From Calcarisporiella thermophila CBS 279.70 (Eukaryota > Fungi > Calcarisporiellomycota), in NCBI RefSeq assembly GCF_041956535.1, contig NW_027192201.1, positions 826,266-890,265 on the forward strand: 64,000 nt of DNA, in the 5' to 3' direction. Each line of letters begins with the position of its first letter. Position 1 is the first letter of the stretch. Under the pieces are notes generated by a model, which was not told the DNA's origin, searched no databases, and saw only the letters and a list, made by a program, of their open reading frames with translations. This document shows positions 1 to 13,600 of the stretch, piece by piece. Made by a program: the position numbers and the translations under genes.

Positions 1-131
1 TAATCTAAAATGAAAAAAAATATTTAATCACACAAGCAGCGGAATATCCCTAATAATCTGAGGTTCACCTCTATATATTCTATCAGTTTCACGAATCCTC
101 GTTGGTAGTTACTCCACTTAGGGAAAACATT

Positions 132-1660
132 CTATTTTACAAAATCATTCAATAAATATTTTAACAATTTTAGATAATAATTGCTTACAGCCAAAGGGAT
201 AGCGCCATTTTTTGTCACTCGTATCATCTCCTCTAGTAATCCATCCACTCCTGAACGAACCTCGTCGATTGCTCTAATTCGAGCATCAAAAAGTGAAGAC
301 ATAAGTTGTTCCAAACTTTTTCCTTCTCCCTCACTAAAAGTTTGCATGTTTTCTCCTTTCACGAGACGCCGAACTAGAGCAATCCGGTTCGAATGAATAT
401 TGCTATTAACACTTGTATCCAGACTCCAGCGAAATCGCCGCACCTTTCGTATTACATTTTGCATTGCATGCTCTTTTTCCTTTGCTTCTTCATTGCTTTC
501 CATCTCCACTGTTTTACTGGCATTCTCATTTGTTACCTGCAGTAAACTTGCAAGCCTACAACTAAGCATTTGTGAGATTTTTCTTGATTTTACGATTTCC
601 TCTCCTTCACTCTCTCCACGCTTTCGCTTTTGAATACGATTGTTCGTATGCAATGACTTTTCATTATCGATTACATAGGTCTGTGCTAGGGGAGGAGGTG
701 GTCTTGAATAAGTGGGGAGTTCCGCTAAGCCCTCATTATGCAGCAGATTTTCAAGTGAGGTTAGCAGCAAATTTGCTGTCTGTTGCCAGAGAGAGCCTGT
801 ATTCATTGGATATACACAGTTATGTATATGCGTTGAATGTGGGCATCCTTCTTGGTATGAAAACATGGTTTTAGTTGTTGGGGGAATCTTGAATAAGTGT
901 ATTCAGTTGAGTAAAGAGACATTGGATCAAATAATTGAAATAGTCACAAATGCTTACATCATGGAGCATTTTGACAAATTACAATAAGTTGTCAAGGATC
1001 GAGGGGGTAACATTGGGTTTAGTCTGTACCAAAATTATATCTGCATATTGAATTGCGGCTCTGAGATATGGTGAATAAATAGCTTAAGATTGGTGTATTG
1101 GATAGTAAGATAGTGCAAAATATATCCACATACATAGCATTCGCCGTTAATCATCAATGATAATAAAAGTTGGCGAGGAAAAGAGTAAGACATGCTTTCA
1201 CAGAACCTTGCAGGATCTCATTATTGTGAATATAGGCCCATTAAAACTGGAGAGGAGGGGCTTTTATTCATTTTGACCTGGGGCAAGCTTGCTGTAAACT
1301 TATGCCTGTGATTTGAAGGCTTATTTGCCTTTACTATTCTATAGACTTCATTAGTGTATCTATGGATATCTACGCTTTCATCTCTCAACCTTCACTATTA
1401 CTCTGATGGAATAGTTGTTTGTAAATTAGACTTCAACTATGAAAAATTATAGCCTTGATATTTTCCCAGTTTCCATCCCCCCGTGCAAGCCTGGGCTTTC
1501 TCATACCATAGTCTTGAGAAAAATTTTGCCCTGTACCACCATTTGCTCTCGTTTAACATCAACTTTACAATAACCTCGCTGCGAGTGCATTTCAACGAAA
1601 GTTATCTTGACCTATCTACACTTTTCTCAATATATTTCAAAGCAATACATAGGCCTCCAT
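132..1660 (-). CDS. Hypothetical multi-exon protein; only the last exon (132-~887) is well supported
   Basis: 244-aa ORF at 132..866 with an NLS-like KRKR. Upstream short exons flanked by GT..AG; candidate ATG at 1660. No family recognised and the upstream exon structure is unresolved. Confidence 0.45.
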
Positions 1661-2144
1661 GCGAATAATTCAGCGCATCGAAAAATTGCTCTACTATCTA
1701 GCGGAATCTCAATTTCTAGTCACATGCCCAGTAATCGAGTATAGCACTTCCCTTTTTTCACGACCAATTCTGTGGCTTCGAAGACAACTCAGCTTAGGAT
1801 TCATAATTTACAGTGTAATTAGGTGTGACCACTTACCACTTTTTAATTTAGTTAGAGTTGGCTGTGATACTTTAATGTGTGTATTAACTCTAACTTATCG
1901 ATATGTATCTTTAGTCAATGAGTAGTGTTTTCGAATCTTGCAACGATTAGTCAGTCGACATTCCCTTACAACGAAATAGGAATAAGGAAATTAGAATTAA
2001 TATTAGTATCTTCACAGTATTATACATAGGCTCAACATGATGAGGTGTGAGATAAATTCTAGTTAACTCTTTTCATAAATATTATAGACAAAGCAGTGGT
2101 AATTGTCCAACATTTGGTGGAAATACAAGTCCCAATTTTTCTAT

Positions 2145-3947
2145 TTAATACTTGAGCACTGACTCAGGTAAAAAGCTCCAAATCGTCCCAAATAGAGCAA
2201 GGATGGTACTCATAGCTATTAACATAACATCAACCATTTTCTCCCTATTGCTCATGGAGTGCCCGAAGATACGCAAACGGCAAGCCAGGGGGAATATAGC
2301 AGCGATGGCGAAGGAAAAGAAAGACCCAAGTAGTGCCTATTTATAACCATAAATAAATTTTCAGTGAATACTTTGACTCCAAGTATGTGATGCATCTAAC
2401 CATGACGCGATCAAAGCCAGGAATAGCGATAGCGATAAAAACCACCACGCTCACAAGTAGGGTACGGATGGTCATCTGTAGTGGGAAATGCCACTTTCGT
2501 ATAAAATTCCAATGATCGATTGCGTACTGGGATCGGAAGAACATGAGCTCGAAAGTCAAACTAATCGGGTTCATCGTCAAGGCAAATTTGGACATAGGAT
2601 TGACTACGATCAACCATACTGCAATATGATTGATCCAGCCCATATAGCCATCCGTGGCCATTAGATTCTTGGTAATTTCCTCCATTGTTTCTCGTCCGAA
2701 CATCAAGTAGCCCGATGCTGCCATTGTGAAGTAGATGCTTGCAGTAGCCAGATAAGTTCTGTCTACAACTGTACCGAAGCGCTTGGGGTTTTTCATCTCT
2801 CTATAAATCGAAGGGAAAACCGCATGGCCAGCAAAGCCAGCCATGATAAGGCCAAACGAAAATGGGAGAGATAGCCAATTTTCAGGCCACAGCGTCGTGG
2901 GCATGGGTGAGAGTAGACTGCCTGGTGCTTCCCCTTTTGATAGGCCATCGATGAGTACCACTCCTACTAAACAAAACGCTGATACAATTCCAACCAGCGA
3001 CCAATAGGACAAGATGTGGATGGGAAGCCAAGTAGATGGCGCAATGATGGCAAAGCCGATTAATTTCAGTGTAGTAAGACTCATATGCGGAAACAAAATC
3101 TTCAGAGAATCTCCAATTAGAATCACCTGGCTAACCGCTGCCGCCATTAGTTCGAGCATAAATGTTACAGTAGTGAAGCTTCGGGAACTGGGGCCGAATG
3201 CTACGACGCCCATATCTGCATAGGTATTTACATTGGGTGCAGAATCCATACAACGTGAAATCGAAATAGCTGTATAGCGAGTGACAGCACAACAAAAAAT
3301 GAAAATGAGAGTACCAAGTATCCAGCCTGCAAACCGGAAACCCAAAGGGAGAGCGAGGATCCCTATGCCCATAAGGACATTAATGCTATTGAAAACGGAC
3401 TAATAGAATAAAGAATAACATTAAAGTAGTCCGCAGGTTCCATTATTGGAGACTGCTAAGGTTTTACCTGCGACACCGAAGATAGGCCATGATAAGCCCC
3501 GTCTTGATAAACTTGACCCTCCTGATCAGCATTATCTTGTGTTGATTCTGCACGATTCTGCAATGAATCCCATCGTGCTAGGGAATCTCTTCTCTGTGGT
3601 ATAGATTCTTCAAAACCAGGGATACCGCTTGCGACAGAACCACGTTTTGCGCGTAGTAACGGCGATTGTTCTGCGAAAGGCGAATAAGTTGTTGAATAAA
3701 CAGACACTGCATCGTATGGATCGATTCTTTCGGAAGAGCTGTCCGCCACAAGTTCATTAAATTTGTAGTTGACGCTGCGAGAATAAGAGCTAGCCCAGCT
3801 ATTGATGGATGTGGAGAGGCGTTGAGAAAAGTTATCTGCCGCGGATTGAGGATCAAGCTGCGAGACACTGCCACGACGATGTGGTATATTGAGGGCAGGG
3901 GAGCCCACTATGGTGGGGGGAGGATGATCACTGCTCGAATACGACAT
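2145..3947 (-). CDS. Vacuolar amino acid transporter (AAAP/Aa_trans, AVT1-like), 3 exons
   Basis: Low-complexity N-terminus, then FNSINVLMGIGILALPLGFRFAGW, GFAGHAVFPSIYREM and many TM segments. The last exon ends ...ESVLKY* at 2145. Confidence 0.9.
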
Positions 3948-4306
3948 AGAGTTAGGGTTGATTAATTAATGTGCAGAGTTTTCCGATGGATTCGCAGAAT
4001 TCACAAGGGCAACAAATACAAGGTTTTTTGCGGGGACAAAAAGGAAGGACAGAAGCACAGAAAAAGCTTTGCGAATAATTCAACGGTCTTTGAAGAAATT
4101 CAGATTAAAGCGGCTTTGTCCTACAATTTATATGGTTGGTATGCTGCGACACATGCTTTTCCCTTCAATTTGTGAACGGGAAAGGAAGTTTATTTCAAAA
4201 TCGATCCTTGACCTCCTACTTGTCCTTCCTCGTTCTATAACGCGAGATTTCTTGCGGCTTTTCTTATTTTCTGCTTTTGTTTTTCTTTTACTATGCAATA
4301 GAAAAT

Positions 4307-6152
4307 ATGGGAGGAATATGTTGCAAGGAGGAAAATATCGACTTTGACGATGAGGGTATTAAACTTTTGTTACAAAGGGGTTGATAGCTTTTCGTTCTCT
4401 TACCAATGCCATATTTTTTAAAAAAAGTCCATTTGAACCATTTCAATCTTATGCGCAGTGTAGGAAGGGGTTCATTTGGAAAGGTGCGCGTCGTTCAGCA
4501 CAAAAAGACAAAAGAAATGTATGCTTTAAAATATATAAATAAGGCGAAATGCGTAAAAATGCGCGCCATTAAGAATGTGATTTCGGAGCGGCGCCTTCTA
4601 GAGTCGCTCGACTACCCATTTATTGTAAATTTACGATACGCTTTTCAGGTGAATAGCAATTCTTCATGTTTACTAAGTGGTTGTCTTAATATCAAATTGT
4701 CATTACGCTCAGGATGACGTTAATTTATTTATGGTGATCGACTTGATGTTGGGGGGCGACCTACGCTTTCACCTGGAGCGAATGGGGAAGTTCCCCGAGG
4801 AATGCGTGCGTCTCTATGCGGCAGAGCTTTCTTCTGCCTTGGACTTTCTGCACAGCAAAAGAGTTGTCCACAGGTAAATATCAACCCAATAATCAGGGTG
4901 TTTTTCCGTATTGAAAAATCTATTCGATAAAGAGATATAAAGCCGGACAACGTGCTACTGGATTCCAAAGGACATGTACATCTTACCGATTTCAATATTG
5001 CCGCCCACTATAACGAGAGTAAGCCCCTGACTACTTATGCTGGTTCATTGGCTTATATGGGTAAGTCGATTTTCACTCTTCTCCCCGCCGATTATCATTG
5101 GGGGATAATAAATTGTACTGAATAGCTTTCCATTTTTAGCTCCGGAAATTCTTCAAAGACATGGGTATTTGAACTCGGTAGACTGGTGGTCGTTGGGTGC
5201 AATGCTTTACGAGATTGTCTTCGGCGCACGTCCTTTCCGCGGAAGAACTAGCAGCGCATTAACCAATGCTATTATCCATGACCCGCTACTGTTCCCCCCC
5301 GATGCACATGAAGTGGCATCGCAAGAGTGTATAGACTTTATAACACGCCTTTGTACCCGAGAGATACCCAATCGCCTCGGATGTGGTGAAGAAGGATTTG
5401 CGGCCGTCAAAAGCCATCCCTGGTTCAAGGACCTGGATTGGGAAGCCATCAAGGAGAAAAAGGTGACTCCTAAGTTCGAGCCGGACTCGACACAATCAAA
5501 TTTCGATGCAATGCATGAGCTTGAGGAGTTGCTCTTGGAAGACGACCCACTCACCATTCGCAAGAAAAATAAAACCAGACCCATCATAGGGCAGCCTGAT
5601 TCAGTTTTGGGTCGAGGGTTTACGAACAAGTATGGACTGGAGTTGAAAATGCTGGAGGAAGAGTATCATCCCTATAATTTCACGCGAGTGAACGAAATCG
5701 CAAGACAACAGAAACGGGCCCATGCGGTGATTACCTCAACTGGAGAGGGCGTGGACGTCGTATCTCCTACATTGTCGCTTGCAAGAAAAGGACGCCAATT
5801 CAAAGGAGACTTTGAACAGGCCGCAATCGCTCGATTCAGAGAGAATGAAAGTTGGAATAGCTTTGGAAGCACCGAAGAGAGAGATAGAGACTACGAGGGA
5901 GATGAAAAAAGCTCATCTACAAAAGTCTTGTCGAATCATCATCTTCCATCTGCTAAGAGATTGGAGGAGCTACGGACAAAGGAATTAGACGGCCGAGAAT
6001 TTGTGAGAAAAGTGACCAATGTCCGTGGTCGCCTTGAGGTCGGCGGAGGAGTTTGCGGAAGTTTTGATGATGGATTCGAACTGGACTCCAAGGAGAGAAT
6101 AGCTGAGGATGAGGAATTTACAGAAAAAATGGTTTCCTTACCGACGAACTAA
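4307..6152 (+). CDS. AGC Ser/Thr kinase, YANK/STK32 family, 5 exons
   Basis: Motifs [31 protein letters not shown] (DFN typical of YANK) and VDWWSLG. The N-terminus is MGGICCKEE. Confidence 0.9.
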
Positions 6153-6676
6153 TCACTATAATCTAAATACCATTTTGATATTTATTGATACAGTCCTTCT
6201 ATTCCTTTTCATTATTTAATTGATTCTTATAATTACCACGTTGTTTTCCCTCCTGTTATTACCTTTGGTATGATCGCTTTGTGTCGTTGCTATTTATTTT
6301 ATTTATTTAATCATCCTATTATTAAGTTAATCGAATTAATGAATCACTTTCGTTATAGTTGACTCCTTAGGACAACTTAAAGACAAAAGTGGATATTAAT
6401 TACAGCTTAAATTTGGAAAATTATTAATTTATTCTGATTTTTGTCACGGTGTCTTGCCCTAGCTTGCTTATCAAAAACGTCTGTACATTTCAGGAATACT
6501 TTCGGATTAAATATTTTGGACGAAATGAAAATATATATATATATATATATGTATAAAAATATGTGAAATATCGTAAGACTAGAGAAGAAATTAATAAGTT
6601 AAACAATCGATATATCATTTTGGAGACAGTCATTAGTTCTAGTGGAGAGATAAGGCTAAAGAGGCGCATGGTCACG

Positions 6677-8410
6677 TCAAATATCGACTGGAATATATCC
6701 CCCATTTAATGACATTACTTTTACAACACGTCGATGGACTTCCGCCTGGAATGGTTCGAAAGGCATTGACTCTCCATCAATAGATAAGTAACCCTTTGTG
6801 GAGCCTTTGGGTAATTTGGGGGTAAGTCTAAACGCCTTCACTTTATAGTATTTTACAGCGCGCGACTCCACATGGGCTCCCTTCGACAGTTTATCAAAGA
6901 TGCCGAGGACATTTAGAGTCGAATCGGGCTCAAGGATCACCATATCCAGAAGCCCATCATCGGGCAGCGCATAAGGATGGCTGAGCATTCCACGGCCGAG
7001 GAGCGGACACTTGGCGCCCAGAACATTGATGAGATCTCCGTTGATGCGGTGCCAGTTTTCCGGTACCGGTGAATCTATATCACCATATTTATCCTTCAAA
7101 AATGACTCTTCCTCGGTATCGATTCCGTTGACATCATTCTTTTCTTTGTGCAAACGGTAGTGCTCTTTGACTGCGGAAAGTTCTGCATGTTCCACGAGCA
7201 TTGATAGCTCGCATGGGTATCGTTTCTTGCGCATGATATAATACAGTGCACCGACCGTAAAGCGGGTATCACCCATCCATTTCAAATGTTTGTCCGTTCC
7301 AAGATCGGCGTCACCGGCGATGCCAAAATTTTGTGAAAGGAAGGAGAAATATCTCTCTTTTCCTTGAGTAATGGAGCAGATATCAATTGAAAGAGGAGTT
7401 CCTGGAGAATTAGTTTAGTAAATAGCATGAGATTGAGGTTAGACAAGATCAAGGGAATAAAATAAAACCTTTAATTGCAGCAAGAGTACTATTTACTGGG
7501 CTGAACCCCTGCTTCTCTCCATGCATAGAAATGCTCAATGCATTGCCGCTACCTAGAAAAGAGTTTGGTCCAGGTGAGAGCCTAGTTTTAGTTGTCTTCA
7601 GGGTAAGAAGAGAGGATACCTGTAGGAATTACACACAAGGGCAGCTTTGATGCGGAGAATGCGTCTTCACGTTTTAAAAGCCCGTTAATCACTTCAAATA
7701 AAAGCCCGTCGCCGCCCACTGAAATTACAGCATCATAGTCTTGAATATTGAGATTGCGCGTGAGTTCTTCTGCATGGCCTCTGTGTTCCGTTACTAGTTA
7801 AGTACACAAAAATCAGCAATGAAACAATGTTTCATTGAGAATGTCCTATGTAGCTCATTACCCTGAACATGATATGAACATCTGGCTGCATTTAACACAG
7901 GAAGAACATATTTATCCAAAGCCCGCCTGCTGGTTCCTTTGCCTGAGTATGGGTTCAACAAAATATAGAAATTCTTTTGCGGCTTTAATCCTAAATTGAA
8001 CCGTGAGAGGACCCTATTCCAAGTCTTCAAATACAGACGATTAGTTTACCTTCATACGCAACTGACATAACCTTTTCAGCCCAAATATTTGCGTCTGCTT
8101 CGTCGTTGACTTCGTAGTACATAACTTGGAGGCGAGCGACCCCTGTTTTCGGATTCGGGACGAGCATCGAGATTTCCAGCGTTATTTGTTCCATTTTTTT
8201 AATTGATGCCCATAGTATGTTTTGAAGCGAGATGGGAACTAAGGGAAACGCACGTCAAAGGATAAGGATTAAATATAATATATTATATTATAATATCTTG
8301 CATGCTAACAGTGATATTAAAATTTTACCTTTGATCCCCGGCAAGATGAGATTCGAACCATCAAACTTGATTAAGACTTCGTATCTATTATAAATGACAG
8401 GTAATTCCAT
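6677..8410 (-). CDS. Sphingosine/long-chain-base kinase (LCB4/5-like, DAGKc domain)
   Basis: Motifs LLNPYSGKG, VGGDGLLFEVINGLL, PTGSGNA, WMGDTRF and SIDGE across spliced exons. ATG at 8410. Confidence 0.9.
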
Positions 8411-10637
8411 GGTAGTTTTGGGAATCGTTAGATAAGAGGGATTAAGGAGTGAAAAATGGGGTTGATGAAAAAAAAAAATAAGAAACTTCGTAAATATAGT
8501 GTATCAGATAGTGTCTTAATATCAATTCTTACATTACTCCATTCTTTTTCACATTCACAAAATTGAACTAAGCCTCTCAGATATGCACTCCAACCTAAAT
8601 ATTCACACCGTTCTCATTTTATATACTTCCTAGGTGTATGGGAAAGTTCCTGTTGCAATTGAGAAGAGAAGAATGGCAATTTGGAACAATGTAGCTGTAA
8701 AGTAATTGAATTGGGCGGCGAGAAGCATAGATTATGTACTATTTTATTTTTTTTTTGGTAGAATAGATCGAAATTTTAGTGTTATGCTGGCAAAGTTTGA
8801 CGAACACATACGCAACTTTTCTGTTCTTTTATTATGGTTATCTATTGTTGTGGTTAACAAACATTAATGAGTTTGAAAGGCGAGCTATATTCAATGCCGT
8901 AGGAGTTTGTATTAGCTCAACATAATTTTGAATATACATTGATAACTTAAACAGTCTTTATTATATATATTGCTTAGTGTCATCTGTTACTTGGCTGCTA
9001 AGTAAAATTTGATAGACGAAAGGCAGTGTGTACATATAATAAAATTTTTTCCGGAAGTATTCAGTTTGCAACCGTTTAAAGAATAAACGATCGAGCCAAC
9101 TAGTTAATTCAAGCGTACTATTTGAGCAAAACCTTGTTACGTTTTTCGCTATTTCTATTCGTTTTTTATATCGGGTATATATGATTTTCGTTTTACACCA
9201 ACAGTTCTGTGCACTAAATTGAACCATTATAATTGGATCAACGAAATAGAGAAAAAGCATTACTTATCATCAATTTTGAAGTTAGTCAGAAGAGTCCAAC
9301 GTTTAAGGTGTCTAATAATCTTTATTATGTAAACATACTTCGTCAACCTGCTATCTGATCTCGCGTGCGGGTTCAACAGTAGTATGAGCATATATAATAT
9401 TCTCGGATGAAATAGTTCGAGGAGTAGGATTTATAATGAAGAATGCTATTGTTTTATATCTCATATCTTGAATTATAAGCCAAATGCACACAGTATCCAA
9501 GTAACCATATTTTTATTTTTTGTATAAACTGCGAGTATTTTGACTATATGGAGGGAGATGAGCCGAATTACATATATACACTTACTTTGTCAAAAAGTAG
9601 AGTACTTAGTGATGGTACTGGCATCACCGCCAAATGAAAGCATAGGGATTATCGGACCGAAAAGAGATTCAAAGGCTTGGTATGTAGGTTTGTGATTAAT
9701 AGGGAGACAAAATCTATTGATATTTGGATTATTCTCCATGAAATTGCATTTTTATACTGCGGAGATTTGGTGAACCTAATATTATTGTCTGCTTATTGAT
9801 TGATGCATATAGCTCGTCGCAAAGCCTTGTCAATTAAACGGAAGTGCAAGGACAATGCGAGAGAGGTGTACAAAGCGTGGATTGCTATTGATGCTGCATA
9901 CTAATTATTGTTGTACTTGGCTGGTCTTTTTTTTTTTCGCTATTTCTTTCTTCCAATTTATTTTTTTCGGTTAATGAATTAATCAAGAAATTGAAGTTGG
10001 TTGGACTGTTAAAGTTCGAGGAGGAAAAGAATCCGAGGAAAAAAAGGGGGCGCAGCACACGTGTCGACTTTATCTGAACAAAATTTCATTGTTCGCTTCA
10101 GTTGAGAGTTCAGACAGCGTCGGTCAAACCGGGCAACACTATTGCTCTCGATTCAGTTAGTAATGGCTAGAGTATTTGACTACGAACCACTGTTATAAAT
10201 ATAATCAAGGTAGGCTTAATGAATATATCCAGCTGGGAGTTAAGCCTGAATTCTACACCCTTACACGAGCTAAATAAATCTCTTTCTCGTAATGGAATTT
10301 CATCATCTTTACTGATACTTATTGCTTGCTCCTTAGATCTCGACATAATTTTCAGTCTACATCTTCTTGTTTATCTCCCACCTTCTAAATCAAACAAATC
10401 GGTAATTATCCCCAACTTTTTCTATGCTAATGTCTCCAATTGCTAATCTGATCTCTAGAGCTCTTTTATTTTTCATCTTGATTTCTCTCTTTTCATACAT
10501 TCTTTTCTGTTTAACATTGTGAGAGCGAGATAAAGGGATTTATCCCAGATCTTAAGGAGATCTTACCCTTACTATTGCCTCCTTGATCAATACCTCTTCC
10601 GTTTTCATCTCTATTCTCTTCGGAATAGTTCTCAAAG

Positions 10638-13600
10638 ATGAACGCGGAGGCTAAACTTATTAATTCCTTCGTAAATCGAATACGAGTAAATCGACTTTTA
10701 TTTTCACTACTAATTTTGTAATGCCTAAGCGATTTTTTTTGGATATTAGGTCCCGATCAATGAGGGGAGGAGCTTGGAGGCACTCGAAAATGATCGGTCA
10801 TTTCAGCAAACTCTCTCAGCCTTGGTGGATGTTGCACAATACAGACTACCTCAAGTAGCTAAGAATTTGGTTGCTATGCTCGAGAATATTTCACAAGTAA
10901 TGTCTTGTAGCTCATTTCATTCGACTGCATATATTAACACTGGTATTCTTATTTTAGCACACTGTCCCAGTGTCTAGTGAAGAAGTCGTTGCCCCTGAGG
11001 TTTTACAATCACAATATATCATTCTCAATATACTATCTGTATGCATGGGTCATCACTGGAGATGGTATCGTGAAAGCACTGCCCATGTTTCTGAAGCACC
11101 AGAGCAACAAGCTAATATACCACAACGACGACTCGAGGATCCGCCAGCACTTGAAGAATCGCTTGTTAAGTCCATAATAAACGTCATTCTTCGGGTCATC
11201 AACCAGACTACAATTAGCGAGGAGGTACAAAACTCATACATCTCAATTGGCAGCCCATTCGTTTCATTTACTTCAATGAGTGAGCGAAATCAAACGCCCG
11301 CCAAACACTTTTATGCTCCGTTGTGCGGCGACATTCATACCGGCATCCATCGATCTGCAAGTAGCATCCTGTTCTACTTGAGCGCTAGCAATTGGGGAGT
11401 TGTCTTTGCGAAAATCAAGTCAAAAATTAAGCATCTCTCATCCACCACTGACGAGTGGCCTGACACATCAGAGCTCAAACTACTCGAGTACGCATGTTTG
11501 GATCAGAAACGTTTGAGTGCTGTACTACAAGGTAATTTACTAATTAATGGCCGGGCCAATTTTATGCTCGCAATTTTCTAAGAAATTATGATTTATAGAG
11601 TTAAGTTCTACCTTTCTTCACCTTAAACGTCCTGCTCAACCAAACATGGGATTGGTTCTGCGCAAGTCAATCTGGAATTGGATTGAAGTTTACCCTGCCG
11701 AATTCGCCGCCCTTTATCAATCCCAGCAGCGACTTGACGGCCGCCCAGAAGTCCTATTTGATATATCCAATTCGCTTGCAGACAATAATCGGCGTAAAGG
11801 CGTTTTCTGGCCTCTGCAGACGACACTACTATTGCTTTGCCCTGATATACTTGCCTCGGCTGTAATGAACGTTGGAACTTCCGGTCGGAATAAAAAAGTG
11901 CAATTCTTGGAGGCGCTGAAAAAGAGCATGCGAAGCTCACGTTTAGGAGATGTTGCATCGGTGTGCTATGTGAGCATTTGTAAGGCGAGCACATACGTAA
12001 ACCAATCGGAGAGATCTATATTAAGGCACATAGTTTCGGATGTGGAGAATGATCTCAGGGTATGCTATTTCCTGGAGGATTTTACTGAAATTTACTGGTA
12101 ATAATACATTGCGATGTTTATTTAGGAAAAGTTACTTGATCCACAGCGAGTTCAAGCGAATTCCGATAATTTCGTCGACCAATCGCTGATGATTGACTGT
12201 CTTACCTCGCTATATCTTCTCAATCCACGAACTGCTCTGCGCTCATTCGTTTCTTATTGTATGCTTGATTCGGCACCCATTGTATTTAAGCTGGTGCTTT
12301 CCAAAACATGTCTTGCACTCTCAGATGAACAGCAGCGTCTTCCATGGAACCCTTCTCTGAGTCAAGCGTACTCCACACTGGCGAGCCCAATCCGTAAACT
12401 CTTCCAAGAAGGATTGAACCGGGACCGGGCAATGCAGGACATCTCTCTCACAAAAAAGATTGTGACGAGTGACAAAAAACAGCGCAAAATGCTACTTGAG
12501 GAAGCAGGCGAGAAACTGGATCTTCTGCTCACCATTTTCAAATTATACCTTGTAGCCCCCCAACTTGCACTATGGGCTGAAAATAGTGAGCACTATGAAG
12601 AATTACGCCGCCTAACACATGGAATTAGCCTTTGCTTGCATGATCCAGTTACTGCTGTGCGTACAAGTGCGGCTGAATTGCTCTTGCAATTGCATTCACC
12701 TGCATATATCGACAAATGGGGATCAGAAGATGCAAAAATGTCTTCCTTTTGGACAATAAGCAGCCAAGTGCTCTTAGCAGTCGCACGTAAAATCCTTGAT
12801 TATAAAGAACGTGAAGAGGGTACCAAACACACCCTTGAACTTTTGTTAAAGTTGCTTGTGCGTCGTAACGAGTTCCTCAAGTCGTGTCGCGAGCAGGCAT
12901 CTCATTGTGCAGATATTCCGGAGCGACTCGCATCTACTGTGGCCCTCGAGATTGCGCTACTTGTATTGCTTTGTAGCCCCGATAATCAGATATGTTCGAT
13001 GACTCTTTCCTGCTTTGGGCATTTGTGTACAGAAGCAAGTTTGACAGAGGAGCTGGATGACACACAGCGATCGCAGTTGACCATTGTTGAAAATTTCAAT
13101 GTGTATTCGGAACTGGCGCGTGTCGGTGGACCCGTTACTGGACGCAGAGCATTACAAAAGAAAATTAGACGCCTATTGCGGCAAATGACGAGGCCTACAC
13201 CGGGCAATTTGGCGGCTTGGGAAGAAGCATGGAAGCGGTGGAGGGTACTTACTCAGTCGCTTGTGCGTTCACTTGATGATATCAAAGAAGAGGGTCTCGA
13301 GTCACCGTCAAGCAGCACCCCGAAGAAGCCGGCATTTTATGAGAAGTTACGTGGTCAAACAATACCTCGTTACCCATCTTCGTCGGGATTACCTTCTCGC
13401 GACGCGATTGACGAAGACAAAGCATCTGAATGGCAAAACTATACTGGTTTTCTTGCGGCGCTCAGTGAATGCTGCGTTGCAGTCGCAAATCCCCCCTCCC
13501 CTCGCACATCCAACTATGATGGAAGACGCCTGGGCGGGTCGCCACATGATAGCGGTCAGATGGTAGAGAAGTTTGTGCAAGAAATGGTAGATCTACTGGT

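Noticed and set aside
8411-10637. Possible hidden gene or RNA in the 2.2-kb divergent spacer (ORFs 8961..9260 and 10219..10446)
   Set aside because: AT-rich, with no protein-like composition or RNA-gene hallmarks recognised.
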